From a virus, in the IMG/VR virus record IMGVR_UViG_3300030419_004440, positions 1 to 64,000 of that record: a DNA stretch of 64,000 bases; one strand, written 5' to 3'. A program made the translations under genes and the position numbers. Positions 1-8,445 of this stretch are shown here, piece after piece (position 1 is the stretch's first letter; the number at the start of each line of letters is the position of its first letter). Below the pieces are notes generated by a model. That model saw only the letters and a list, made by a program, of their open reading frames with translations. It was not told the DNA's origin and ran no database searches.

Positions 1-2
1 AC

Positions 3-2330
3 GTTACTTTTTCCGGCGTAAGTGGTATTGAGACTGAATACGTATTAGCCGGAACCCATGGCGGCCTTGCAACCAACAACTTACTTATAGTTAATGCTGT
101 AGAGCTTTCTGGAAATCTCAACCACTCGCTCTTCTCAGCACTTTCGGGGCAAAAGAATTGGGATACAGCTGTCGCATCAGGGAACCAGCTTGATTTTAAT
201 AAGTTTGGAGCCATTTCGGGGCAAAAGAATTGGGATACAGCTGTCGCATCAGGTAATTACCTGCTTGCTCAAATAGGAACTGCGGTATCTTATGGAAGCG
301 GAATAGTAAAACAGAAGGATACTATTGACTTTAGACATGATGGAAGTGGAACCCTAAAACACCTCATGTTCCATAGTGGTATTAGAATTGGAACGGGTGC
401 AGGTTTTGCAGAGGGAACACCAGAAAGAAATGCAAACCACTCAATTGAAGGTGCGATAATGATCGGAACAAAGGCCGGTTATGAGTCGCACTCTAATTAT
501 ATTTGTTCCGGACTGGCTATAGGAAACAAGGCAAGTTATCAATCATACTACCAGCAAGACGGTGTATTTATAGGAAGGTCTGCTGGCCAAGCGGCTTCTG
601 GACACCCTGCTTCTGGCCAACGTGACATGATAGCTATTGGCCGAAATGCTGCAAGGAAATCTGAAGATGGTGATTGGTCCACATACATCGGCTTAAATGC
701 GGGTCTAAATTCACATCTTAACAATTCAGTTATTTCTATCGGTCAAGGTGCCGGTATGGGAGTTGCCCAAGCAGAAGACGCAATACTAATCGGAACTAAT
801 GCGGGTCATTATACGTCTGGCATTAACCAGACTCTTGCGATAGGTCGAGTTGCTGGCTCTGGATCTCCCAATAAGAGACAGGGTATTTTTATCGGATACC
901 GAGCTGGAATAGATGTTATAGACAGCGGACTAAACCCAATTATGATAGGTACCGAGGCGGGTGCTAGTTCCTCCGGCTTACATAGCAATCACATTCTTAT
1001 TGGTAATTACGCCGGGGTTAGAGTCAGTGGAAGTCATGGCGGCCATTCAATAGGAATAGGTAATGCCGTACTTCGAGATAGTAACCTCAATGAAAGAGTG
1101 GTAGCCCTAGGGGGTTCTGCTGGGATACAATCTAGTGGAAACAAAAACGCTTTGATGATAGGAACAAACGCCGGTATCGAAATGTCCGGCGGTAGCTATG
1201 TTAACGCAATTGGCTTTGGTGCTGGTTATCAGGCCATCAAATCTGACGAGTTGACTGGCTTAAACCTTATTGGATGGTATGCTGGACAGAGGCTGGGATC
1301 TGGTGTTAGTTTGCCGGGCGACGAAGCGGGACTTTTGACTGGTGGAGGAGTGACTTATTCCGACTTCATCGGATATAAAGCTGGATACGCCGCTTGGGAT
1401 ATGGATTACGCACAGGTCTGGGGGGCCGCAGCGGGAATGCAGTCGAGGGAGCTTGGGGATGTTATAATTATTGGTAAACAAGCCGGTAGCCGCTTAACTA
1501 CTTCGGATAATTCAATAATTATGGGTGATCATGCTGGTTATGGATATACCACAACTTTTAAAACTGGCTCAACCGGCTTCGGACCAACCGCTGGTGTTGA
1601 TCACTCCATTATAATCGGTGAGCTTGCAGGTGCTAATTCCAGCGGTTTATATCATAGTACCGTCATTGGTTACGGTTCTTGGAGGGGTGACAACCCGTAT
1701 GTGTTCGATCAAGCTACGCTTAATGGAACAGACTATTCTTCTCAAAGAGTGGACTACTCCATACTTATAGGTGATGGTGTTGGTTCTCCGACCAACAGTG
1801 TTAGAGCACCCGGAAGCTATAACTGTATTATAGAACCACGTATGACTTTAACAAATGCCCAGTCATGGTGTTCCGATTGGCAAGATAACATTGTAAGTAT
1901 AGCAGCATTGATGCACGGTTACAGCGATCATGTAAGCATGAGCAAACAAAGATATCTTCAGGTCGGGGACTTCCCCACCAGTCTTTCAGCTTTACAAGAA
2001 GCAACCTTGTCGATTAAACCTGATCAGGACTCTCACGTAAACTTAAAGCTGAGAAGATCTGCTGCTGGAATGGCGGTGCCAATGTTAAAAGCCGAAATGC
2101 CCGCCAATCTGTCTAACAACGAAGCAACCATTGTTAACGAGCAGGGGATTAACCAAATCTTTATCTGCGATGAAAGGACTAGTGCTGGCGAATATCGAAT
2201 TGCCGGAAAAACAACAACCGTTCAGAAAAATCCCGGAACTATGATATTTTACGATGATGGATCAACCAGACGCCTTCTCATATGCAACGCGGCTGGGAAT
2301 TGGTACAAGATTAACATGAGTGCCGATTAA
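3..2330 (+). CDS. Tail fibre/adhesin-like protein with tandem (I/V)GxxAG repeats (YadA-head-like beta-roll); 5' end lies outside the window
   Basis: The frame is open from base 3 (VTFSGVSGIETE...) into the listed Met at 366. There are more than 25 repeats of about 14 aa, e.g. AIMIGTKAG, VFIGRSAG, IAIGRNAA, YIGLNAG, ILIGTNAG. It lies upstream of the head-tail genes. Confidence 0.65.
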   Translation, partial: VTFSGVSGIETEYVLAGTHGGLATNNLLIVNAVELSGNLNHSLFSALSGQKNWDTAVASGNQLDFNKFGAISGQKNWDTAVASGNYLLAQIGTAVSYGSGIVKQKDTIDFRHDGSGTLKHLMFHSGIRIGTGAGFAEGTPERNANHSIEGAIMIGTKAGYESHSNYICSGLAIGNKASYQSYYQQDGVFIGRSAGQAASGHPASGQRDMIAIGRNAARKSEDGDWSTYIGLNAGLNSHLNNSVISIGQGAGMGVAQAEDAILIGTNAGHYTSGINQTLAIGRVAGSGSPNKRQGIFIGYRAGIDVIDSGLNPIMIGTEAGASSSGLHSNHILIGNYAGVRVSGSHGGHSIGIGNAVLRDSNLNERVVALGGSAGIQSSGNKNALMIGTNAGIEMSGGSYVNAIGFGAGYQAIKSDELTGLNLIGWYAGQRLGSGVSLPGDEAGLLTGGGVTYSDFIGYKAGYAAWDMDYAQVWGAAAGMQSRELGDVIIIGKQAGSRLTTSDNSIIMGDHAGYGYTTTFKTGSTGFGPTAGVDHSIIIGELAGANSSGLYHSTVIGYGSWRGDNPYVFDQATLNGTDYSSQRVDYSILIGDGVGSPTNSVRAPGSYNCIIEPRMTLTNAQSWCSDWQDNIVSIAALMHGYSDHVSMSKQRYLQVGDFPTSLSALQEATLSIKPDQDSHVNLKLRRSAAGMAVPMLKAEMPANLSNNEATIVNEQGINQIFICDERTSAGEYRIAGKTTTVQKNPGTMIFYDDGSTRRLLICNAAGNWYKINMSAD
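142..253 (+). repeat. Exact 40-bp direct repeat (142-181 and 214-253), period 72 bp, in frame within the fibre gene
   Basis: TTTCGGGGCAAAAGAATTGGGATACAGCTGTCGCATCAGG occurs twice and encodes SGQKNWDTAVASG twice. Confidence 0.95.
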
Positions 2331-2370
2331 CGGAAACCTAACCAAGTAATTTTTATAATGGAGACAGAAA

Positions 2371-2571
2371 ATGCCTGACGAGATAGTAAAAGCAGCAAGA
2401 GATGGTGAACCCATTAAAAATGGCGGAATCATCACTTTAGTGTTTGAGACGGGGACAGCGGCTAGTGGCTTACCTGAAGTTAATAGTTTCGTTCCTTCTG
2501 GCACTATGCGAACTCGATACGACGGTCGATTCGACGACGTGAGATATTACACTGGTGATAGTGCTAGCTAA
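2371..2571 (+). CDS. Small hypothetical virion-module protein (66 aa)
   Basis: GGAG RBS upstream; fills the gap between co-oriented genes. Confidence 0.6.
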   Translation: MPDEIVKAARDGEPIKNGGIITLVFETGTAASGLPEVNSFVPSGTMRTRYDGRFDDVRYYTGDSAS

Positions 2572-2585
2572 CCATAGGTATAACC

Positions 2586-3068
2586 ATGCCAATTAATATT
2601 CCAGATAGCGTTTTTGATAAGTATTACGACGTAGTAGACTCCACGTTTAATATTTTTGGGGTTACTTGTCAGTTGGTATATATAGAAAAAGTAGAAGTGA
2701 TATCTAACACCTACGATAACATACCTGAGAACAAGTCTATAAATGCACACAGGAGACCCCAACCTCAGTACAAGAGGCAAAACAAAACGATTAAAGAAGT
2801 TGAGAAAACAGAGGATATAAAGATTAAAGTTTATTGGGACAGCAAAAGCTGGACAAAGGTTGGTGGAGATATGGTGATCCCAGAGGGGTCAGTCCAAACA
2901 ATTTTCTACGCCACTGATTTAGACAAGATAATGAGAGCTAAAGAGCTTATTATACACAAAGATATTTCCTCTTTAAGAGAGATGAGATTTATCAAGCATG
3001 GTGAACCATTTCCAATGGGATTGAAACAAAACAGATACTTTGGATGTTTTTGGGAAAGAGCTTCGTAA
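2586..3068 (+). CDS. Putative head-closure/head-tail joining protein
   Basis: 160-aa beta-rich protein positioned between the fibre gene and the tail tube gene; TAATG coupling to the next gene. Function is inferred from synteny. Confidence 0.5.
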   Translation: MPINIPDSVFDKYYDVVDSTFNIFGVTCQLVYIEKVEVISNTYDNIPENKSINAHRRPQPQYKRQNKTIKEVEKTEDIKIKVYWDSKSWTKVGGDMVIPEGSVQTIFYATDLDKIMRAKELIIHKDISSLREMRFIKHGEPFPMGLKQNRYFGCFWERAS

Positions 3069-3709
3069 TGCTTAATAACGCCAACATATCTATAAAATTA
3101 TTAGACACAGACGTAGCCATAAGAAAAAAAATATACGAGAGTATAGCGGAACAACTTAACAAAAGCATTTCTAAAAATAAAGCAAAAGCAACAACGCTTT
3201 TAAAGTCGAAAGTCAGCAAATGGGTCTCCAGACAGCCCGAAATTAGAAGTTTACGCTCAAATGGTGGGATAGGATCTTTAGCTGCACACTTTGGTTTAAC
3301 ACCAACACAGGCTGACATAGCCACTGAATCAATAATATCTGCGGTAGTAGATAGTTTGCAGGTGAAAATTAAGCCCATTAACAGAAGACTAAAAGGAACC
3401 ATAGAATTCAATTTTCAAGAAACTAATTTTTTAAATTTATTATCAATTAATAGCGGCCATGTTGTAACAGAAAAAGGGGCTGATTTACATTGGCTTGACT
3501 GGCTGATAACAAGAGGGGACACAATAATAATTACCGGGTATTCATATATTGGTGGTCCGACTGGTAGGTCTGGTGGAGGTGAAATGAATATCGGGGGAGC
3601 ATGGAGGGTTCCACCTGAGTTTTCAGGAACACCCACGAACAACTTTATAACAAGGGCGTTTGAAGGTACCCAGAAAGAAATAGAAGAAGTTCTTAAAAGG
3701 CTGATATAA
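3068..3709 (+). CDS. Putative neck/tail-completion protein (HK97 gp10-like position)
   Basis: Start reassigned to ATG 3068 (TAATG overlap). Basic protein with LHWLDWL and a C-terminal NNFITRAFE motif; synteny. Confidence 0.45.
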   Translation: MLNNANISIKLLDTDVAIRKKIYESIAEQLNKSISKNKAKATTLLKSKVSKWVSRQPEIRSLRSNGGIGSLAAHFGLTPTQADIATESIISAVVDSLQVKIKPINRRLKGTIEFNFQETNFLNLLSINSGHVVTEKGADLHWLDWLITRGDTIIITGYSYIGGPTGRSGGGEMNIGGAWRVPPEFSGTPTNNFITRAFEGTQKEIEEVLKRLI

Positions 3710-4695
3710 TGGTTAACGCTACATTTTCACCACTCAAAGGAATAAGCGGTATATTTGATTCCACTTTGAATAATGATATTCAAGATGGCATTATAGAGTA
3801 CTTTGACTGGGCACTTTTAGAAAAGGGCAATTATTTCAATGTAGCGGCTAACGAGACTTCGCCTAACGGGGAGGATATGAGCCGATTAAGGATGTCCTCT
3901 AATGATTCGTACACAGCAGGACAAGTATGGGAAGGGTTTAGAAAAAATTGGGTTTGGCAGAGCGGAATATCAGTTAACGGCTTTGACTCACCTATTGTGG
4001 GAGACGACAATAATAACCCCGGAATTTCTGGAATTTATATTGATGGATCGTTTTACTCCACAGATACAGTAGGTACATATGCTTACCATGTAGATTATTT
4101 TAACGGAAGGGTGGTATTCGACAACCCTATACCAACAGGATCTGTTGTAAAAGCAGAGCATAGTTACAAGTATATTAACGTGTTATATGCAAACAACATG
4201 CCTTGGTACAAAGAGCTTCAATCTAGAACCTTAGAACCAACGGCTAGTTTTTTGGATTCTGATGACGGCAACTGGAATATACCGCCTGAAAGCAGGGCAC
4301 AATTACCATTGGTGGCCATAGAAATTGTCCCCAATAGATCCTTTAAGGGGTATCAATTAGGGGGCGGTCAGTGGGTCTTTACTGACGTTTTATTCCACTG
4401 TATAGCGGAGGATGAAGTTACGAGAAACAAGCTAGTTGATGTTATTTCGTTGCAAAACGATAAAACAATACACTTATTTAATAGTAATAAGATCAATGTA
4501 AATCAAGATTTTCCCTTAGATTACAGGGGTACACCAGTCGCGGGTGCATTAAGATACCCAGATTTGATAGACCAATATAACGGAGGCAAGCTTAAACTCA
4601 CGAAAACCACGGTTCAGGAAATGATTATGCATAATACCACGGTTTTTGGGGGAGTTGTTAGGATGACCACTGAAGGAGTTAAAACGAATATTTAG
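3709..4695 (+). CDS. Putative tail terminator/completion protein
   Basis: Lies immediately upstream of the tube gene. C-terminal QLPLVAIE...GYQLGGG...DVLFHCIAEDEVTRNKLVDVI resembles tail-terminator folds. Confidence 0.45.
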   Translation: MVNATFSPLKGISGIFDSTLNNDIQDGIIEYFDWALLEKGNYFNVAANETSPNGEDMSRLRMSSNDSYTAGQVWEGFRKNWVWQSGISVNGFDSPIVGDDNNNPGISGIYIDGSFYSTDTVGTYAYHVDYFNGRVVFDNPIPTGSVVKAEHSYKYINVLYANNMPWYKELQSRTLEPTASFLDSDDGNWNIPPESRAQLPLVAIEIVPNRSFKGYQLGGGQWVFTDVLFHCIAEDEVTRNKLVDVISLQNDKTIHLFNSNKINVNQDFPLDYRGTPVAGALRYPDLIDQYNGGKLKLTKTTVQEMIMHNTTVFGGVVRMTTEGVKTNI

Positions 4696-4698
4696 TGA

Positions 4699-4717
4699 TT
4701 TTCGTGTATAAATCTAT
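4699..4717 (+). promoter_or_regulatory. Putative phage late promoter TTTTCGTGTATAA-WW-CTAT
   Basis: Intergenic, about 35 bp upstream of the tail tube start and followed by an AAGGAGAG RBS. It is 17/19 identical to 40222-40240. Confidence 0.65.
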
Positions 4718-4752
4718 AGAAAACCTCTTTACAAACTTAAAGGAGAGAAATA

Positions 4753-5937
4753 ATGCCTACAGCAAATGATAGAATTTTTTACGCCTGTCAAGGTGTATCC
4801 ATCCAGAAGGAGGGGTACCGTGACTCCAATGTCGCGACTGGCGAGATGATTCACGGCCTCCAGAGCGTTGGAGTAACAACTAACTTTAATCTTGAACAGG
4901 CATTTGAGCTGGGACAGATTGAAATTTATGAGAACATAGAAGGTACGCCCGATGTTGAAGTAACCTTAGAAAAGGTTCTCGACGGCTATCCGTTGATTTA
5001 TCACTTGGCTAGTGAAGGTATCAACAATGGAACGCCACCGATTTCTAGCGGCCTTGTAAACAGATCAAAACAACGATGCGATGTAAGACTTGGTATTTTC
5101 CCAGAAGAAAACAACTTCATTAAAGAAGGTGGTGGCTCGGCGGATATGGAAGTTTACATGTCCGGCATGTATATCAGCAGTATCTCTTATAGCCTCAATT
5201 CAGACGGAAGCTCTACTGAATCTGTCACCTTGGTTGGAAACAACAAGCAGTGGTATAAAAATAGAAGCGGAAAAATGCTAACCGGTTCCGTGGCGAATTT
5301 TGACGGAACTGATGCACCCCTTGGCATGGGTGATGCGACCAACCCCTCCGGTGGTGTTACTCAGAAAGAAGACGTAATCATTTCTGGATGCATTTTCCCT
5401 GCCAGCATTGAGGGTGTCACGGGTAGTGGCTATGGAAATGGTATTGGTAAAATTCATGCACAGAGTGTTAGCGTTAGCACTGACTTTTCTCGTGAAGACA
5501 TCTTTGAGCTTGGTAGAAAAACGCCTTACGCTCGCCCGGCTGCATATCCGATTGAAGTTAGCTGTGATATTGAAGTTGTAACAACTTCTGGCGATCTTGT
5601 AGAAGCCCGTGAAGACGGTGACGCAACACTCTTTGGCACTATCGACTCAGGGAATAACACTCAAAACGAATGTATTTTCTTCTACACCAGAAACGGTTTA
5701 GGCCTCGACCTTGGCGAGAAAAACAGACTCTCTAGTGTCAGCTATGGAGGGGGAGATGCCGGTGGAGGAAATGCCTCATGTACTTACAGTTACCAAAACT
5801 TTAACACTTTGGATGTTCAGAATCGTAGAAATGGCTACATTGGATTTAATGCACTCAAGGAAACCCTGCTTGGTACTGCAAAACGTAAGTACTCAAATGA
5901 TGGAAACGGTATGCCGTTCCCTGATGACATCGTATAA
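4753..5937 (+). CDS. Major tail tube protein
   Basis: Internal duplication typical of tube folds (LQSVGVTTNFNLEQAFELGQ / AQSVSVSTDFSREDIFELGRK...YPIEVSCDIEV). It has a strong RBS, its own promoter motif, and lies upstream of the chaperones and tape measure. Confidence 0.75.
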   Translation: MPTANDRIFYACQGVSIQKEGYRDSNVATGEMIHGLQSVGVTTNFNLEQAFELGQIEIYENIEGTPDVEVTLEKVLDGYPLIYHLASEGINNGTPPISSGLVNRSKQRCDVRLGIFPEENNFIKEGGGSADMEVYMSGMYISSISYSLNSDGSSTESVTLVGNNKQWYKNRSGKMLTGSVANFDGTDAPLGMGDATNPSGGVTQKEDVIISGCIFPASIEGVTGSGYGNGIGKIHAQSVSVSTDFSREDIFELGRKTPYARPAAYPIEVSCDIEVVTTSGDLVEAREDGDATLFGTIDSGNNTQNECIFFYTRNGLGLDLGEKNRLSSVSYGGGDAGGGNASCTYSYQNFNTLDVQNRRNGYIGFNALKETLLGTAKRKYSNDGNGMPFPDDIV

Positions 5938-5953
5938 GATGTAACTTAATGGT

Positions 5954-6038
5954 CCGATGGAGTGATTGTCCATTGGTGGATTTTAATCGTAGCTTTTGCG
6001 ATAGCTAAATATTAGGACAGGCAAGTGGAGCTACGATT
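5954..6038 (+). other. Two predicted RNA stem-loops in the tube-chaperone intergenic region
   Basis: CCGATGGA (5954-5961) pairs with TCCATTGG (5969-5976). AATCGTAGCT (5985-5994) is the perfect inverted repeat of AGCTACGATT (6029-6038), with an inner TTGC/GCAA pairing. Confidence 0.55.
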
Positions 6039-6089
6039 CAGGAAGGAAATTTATGCAAAATAAAACTACTCCCGCCATGAGGTTACGTT

Positions 6090-7136
6090 ATGAAACAGCA
6101 TGAGCGGGAGTATTTTGTAGCTAGAATAAGAAGCGGAATATACAAGATAAAGCTTGGAGAGCTAGACCTAAAAATCGTACCATTAACATTAGAGCAAGAA
6201 TTAGACGTTCAGCAGTGTTACGTTGCGACATATAGACAAGCGGAAAAAGACGGTTTTCTAACACACGAAGATTTACTAGAGTCCATGAAAGAAAGAGGGC
6301 TCTGGTCAGAAGAGGACGAGGAAAGAATAAAGGGACTCGAAAAAGACATCGACAGATTAAAGGTCGAATTATTTCAAAATAAAAACAAGGAGGACTTAGT
6401 AGAAAGAATCAGAACATACCTAAAGGCTGGAAAAGAGCAGTTAGATCAGCAGTTGTCAAAAAAAATGGCCAACTATGATAAATCTTGCGAGGGGATTGCA
6501 CAAGTAAAAAAAGTGGAAAAAATCATGGAGCTGTCTTGTGTGTACGCTGATTCCGGCGAGCCATACGACTTTAAAGACGTGGACGTAACTCACATAGTAA
6601 GACTGTTTGGGTTACAGGTTTTGTCAGAGTCATCAGCCAGAGAGATCGCAAGAACAGAGCCTTGGCATAGCACTTGGGTACTTAAAGATAGTAACACTTT
6701 TGAGTTTTTTAACTACAAAGGTAGACAGCTAACGACAGACCAAAAAAACGTTATTGTTTGGTCTAGGATGTATGACAGTGTTCACGAATCTATGGATTGT
6801 CCATCTGAAGATGTCATTCAAGACGACGACATGTTGGATGGGTGGTTTATTTTACAGAAAAAGAAAAGGGATCAAGAAAAAGTGCAGGCAGAAATAGAAC
6901 AAAGTACTAGCAACCCTAAGATAGCTAGTTCTGACGAAATATTTGTAATGGCACACAGCCAAAAGGATGCTGACAGAATTAATAAATCAAATAACATAAA
7001 CGCCCAACAAATTAAAAGAAAAAGAGCAGCGGTTTTGGAACGTCAAGGAGAAGCAAAAGATCTTGATTTCCAAGACCAGCAATTGAGACTAAGAGCACAG
7101 TCAAATGAAATGTACAAAGGAAAATTTAGGAGGTAA
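6090..7136 (+). CDS. Putative tail assembly chaperone, paralog A (with C-terminal extension)
   Basis: Lies between tube and tape measure; GAGGT RBS; N-terminal half aligns by eye with 7500-8399. Confidence 0.5.
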   Translation: MKQHEREYFVARIRSGIYKIKLGELDLKIVPLTLEQELDVQQCYVATYRQAEKDGFLTHEDLLESMKERGLWSEEDEERIKGLEKDIDRLKVELFQNKNKEDLVERIRTYLKAGKEQLDQQLSKKMANYDKSCEGIAQVKKVEKIMELSCVYADSGEPYDFKDVDVTHIVRLFGLQVLSESSAREIARTEPWHSTWVLKDSNTFEFFNYKGRQLTTDQKNVIVWSRMYDSVHESMDCPSEDVIQDDDMLDGWFILQKKKRDQEKVQAEIEQSTSNPKIASSDEIFVMAHSQKDADRINKSNNINAQQIKRKRAAVLERQGEAKDLDFQDQQLRLRAQSNEMYKGKFRR

Positions 7137-7138
7137 CA

Positions 7139-7507
7139 ATGGAGAATTTTGACAAACTCATTCGGAAAAAATCAGAATATAAAGAAGTTAGAACTGAGAA
7201 ATTTAGATATGACTCAAAAGAGAGGCTATCTAAAATACTGAAGAAAAAAGTAGAAACCACTATGATTGGTGCCATTTCCTCTATAGAGGATCACTTTTCT
7301 TTTCTTTGGCTAGCAGACGATTCTGAGATGACTACCGAGAAAAAATTTATGTATGAAACATTTCAGAAAGTGAGATCTGAGATTCTAGATAAAGGAAACA
7401 CACAGGCTAGGAATGTGGATGCAGAACTAAACCAGTATGAGATAAAATGGATGAGATATTCCATGGATATTCCAGTGAAGAACAATGGAGGAACGGAAGA
7501 TGAGTGA
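7139..7507 (+). CDS. Hypothetical tail-module protein (122 aa, helical)
   Basis: AGGAGG RBS; overlaps the next gene. Confidence 0.7.
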   Translation: MENFDKLIRKKSEYKEVRTEKFRYDSKERLSKILKKKVETTMIGAISSIEDHFSFLWLADDSEMTTEKKFMYETFQKVRSEILDKGNTQARNVDAELNQYEIKWMRYSMDIPVKNNGGTEDE

Positions 7508-8399
7508 TAATACGCAATTAGTAATAGCAGAAGACGGCTCTACTATAACAGTCGGAGTTAGAAAACCTACAAATAAAGAACTCAAAGAAGCTGATATTTA
7601 TCGTGCAAAAGCTTGGAACAAAGCCTTTAAAGAAGGGGTAATGACCAAAGCTGAGGTTGATCAGGTGATGAGAGATAGAGGTTTGTGGGATGACTCAAAG
7701 GCCACTCAAGAGACAAAATTAACTAATGAAATTTTAGATCTTGAAAAGGAATTATACATAGGCAACGGGAAAAGTAAGCCGAAGCTTTCAGATGGTAGAC
7801 GTTTAGCCCTAGAGATGAAACAAAAGAGGTTTGAATTAAGAGACCTTATAAGTGAGCGGCTTTCAATGGATGAAAACACCGCAGAGTCCCTAGCAGACAA
7901 CGCTAGATTTGATTATTTAGTATATGTTTGTAGTTTTAACACTGAGACAAACGAAAGACTGTTTGATTCATATGAGGACTATAACAATAGGGGCTCTACT
8001 TCAGTAGCAATTGCTGCCGCACAATTATTGGCACATATGGTGTATAATCTTGATAGTGATTTCGAAGAGAATTTACCTGAGAACAAATTCCTTAAAAAGT
8101 TTGAGTTGGTTGATGAAAATAATCAGCTAATAGATCCAAATACGGGAGACTTAATAGATTTTGAGGGGAATAGAATAAATGAGCTTGGCCAATTCATTAA
8201 CGAGGACGGAGAAAGAGTAGATAACGAGGGAAACAGCATTACAGATGAGGGCTTGTACGAAATGGTTGAGTACGAGAACGACCTTCTTGTTAAAGAAAAG
8301 CCTAAACCTAAACCCAGAAAAAGAAGAACTACCAAAAAGACGACCACTAAAAATACAGCAAAAGAAGAGATAGAAGCGACAACAGAAACCACAGATTAA
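7500..8399 (+). CDS. Putative tail assembly chaperone, paralog B
   Basis: Start reassigned to ATG 7500 (GGAGGA RBS). Directly upstream of the tape measure gene; ITVGVRKPTNKEL resembles chaperone N-termini; K/T-rich disordered tail. Confidence 0.55.
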   Translation: MSDNTQLVIAEDGSTITVGVRKPTNKELKEADIYRAKAWNKAFKEGVMTKAEVDQVMRDRGLWDDSKATQETKLTNEILDLEKELYIGNGKSKPKLSDGRRLALEMKQKRFELRDLISERLSMDENTAESLADNARFDYLVYVCSFNTETNERLFDSYEDYNNRGSTSVAIAAAQLLAHMVYNLDSDFEENLPENKFLKKFELVDENNQLIDPNTGDLIDFEGNRINELGQFINEDGERVDNEGNSITDEGLYEMVEYENDLLVKEKPKPKPRKRRTTKKTTTKNTAKEEIEATTETTD

Positions 8400-8445
8400 A
8401 CAACGGAAAGATTTGGATAGTGTAGTCAAAATTTAGAGAGAAAAA

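Noticed and set aside
142-253. CRISPR-like repeat-spacer-repeat (40 bp + 32 bp)
   Set aside because: Only two copies, the period is a multiple of 3 inside an open coding frame, it is not palindromic, and there are no cas genes.
6450-6515. A-rich slippery-like runs (e.g. AAAAAAG) in the first chaperone gene
   Set aside because: They are mid-gene in Lys-rich sequence, with no extended alternative-frame ORF in the ORF track.
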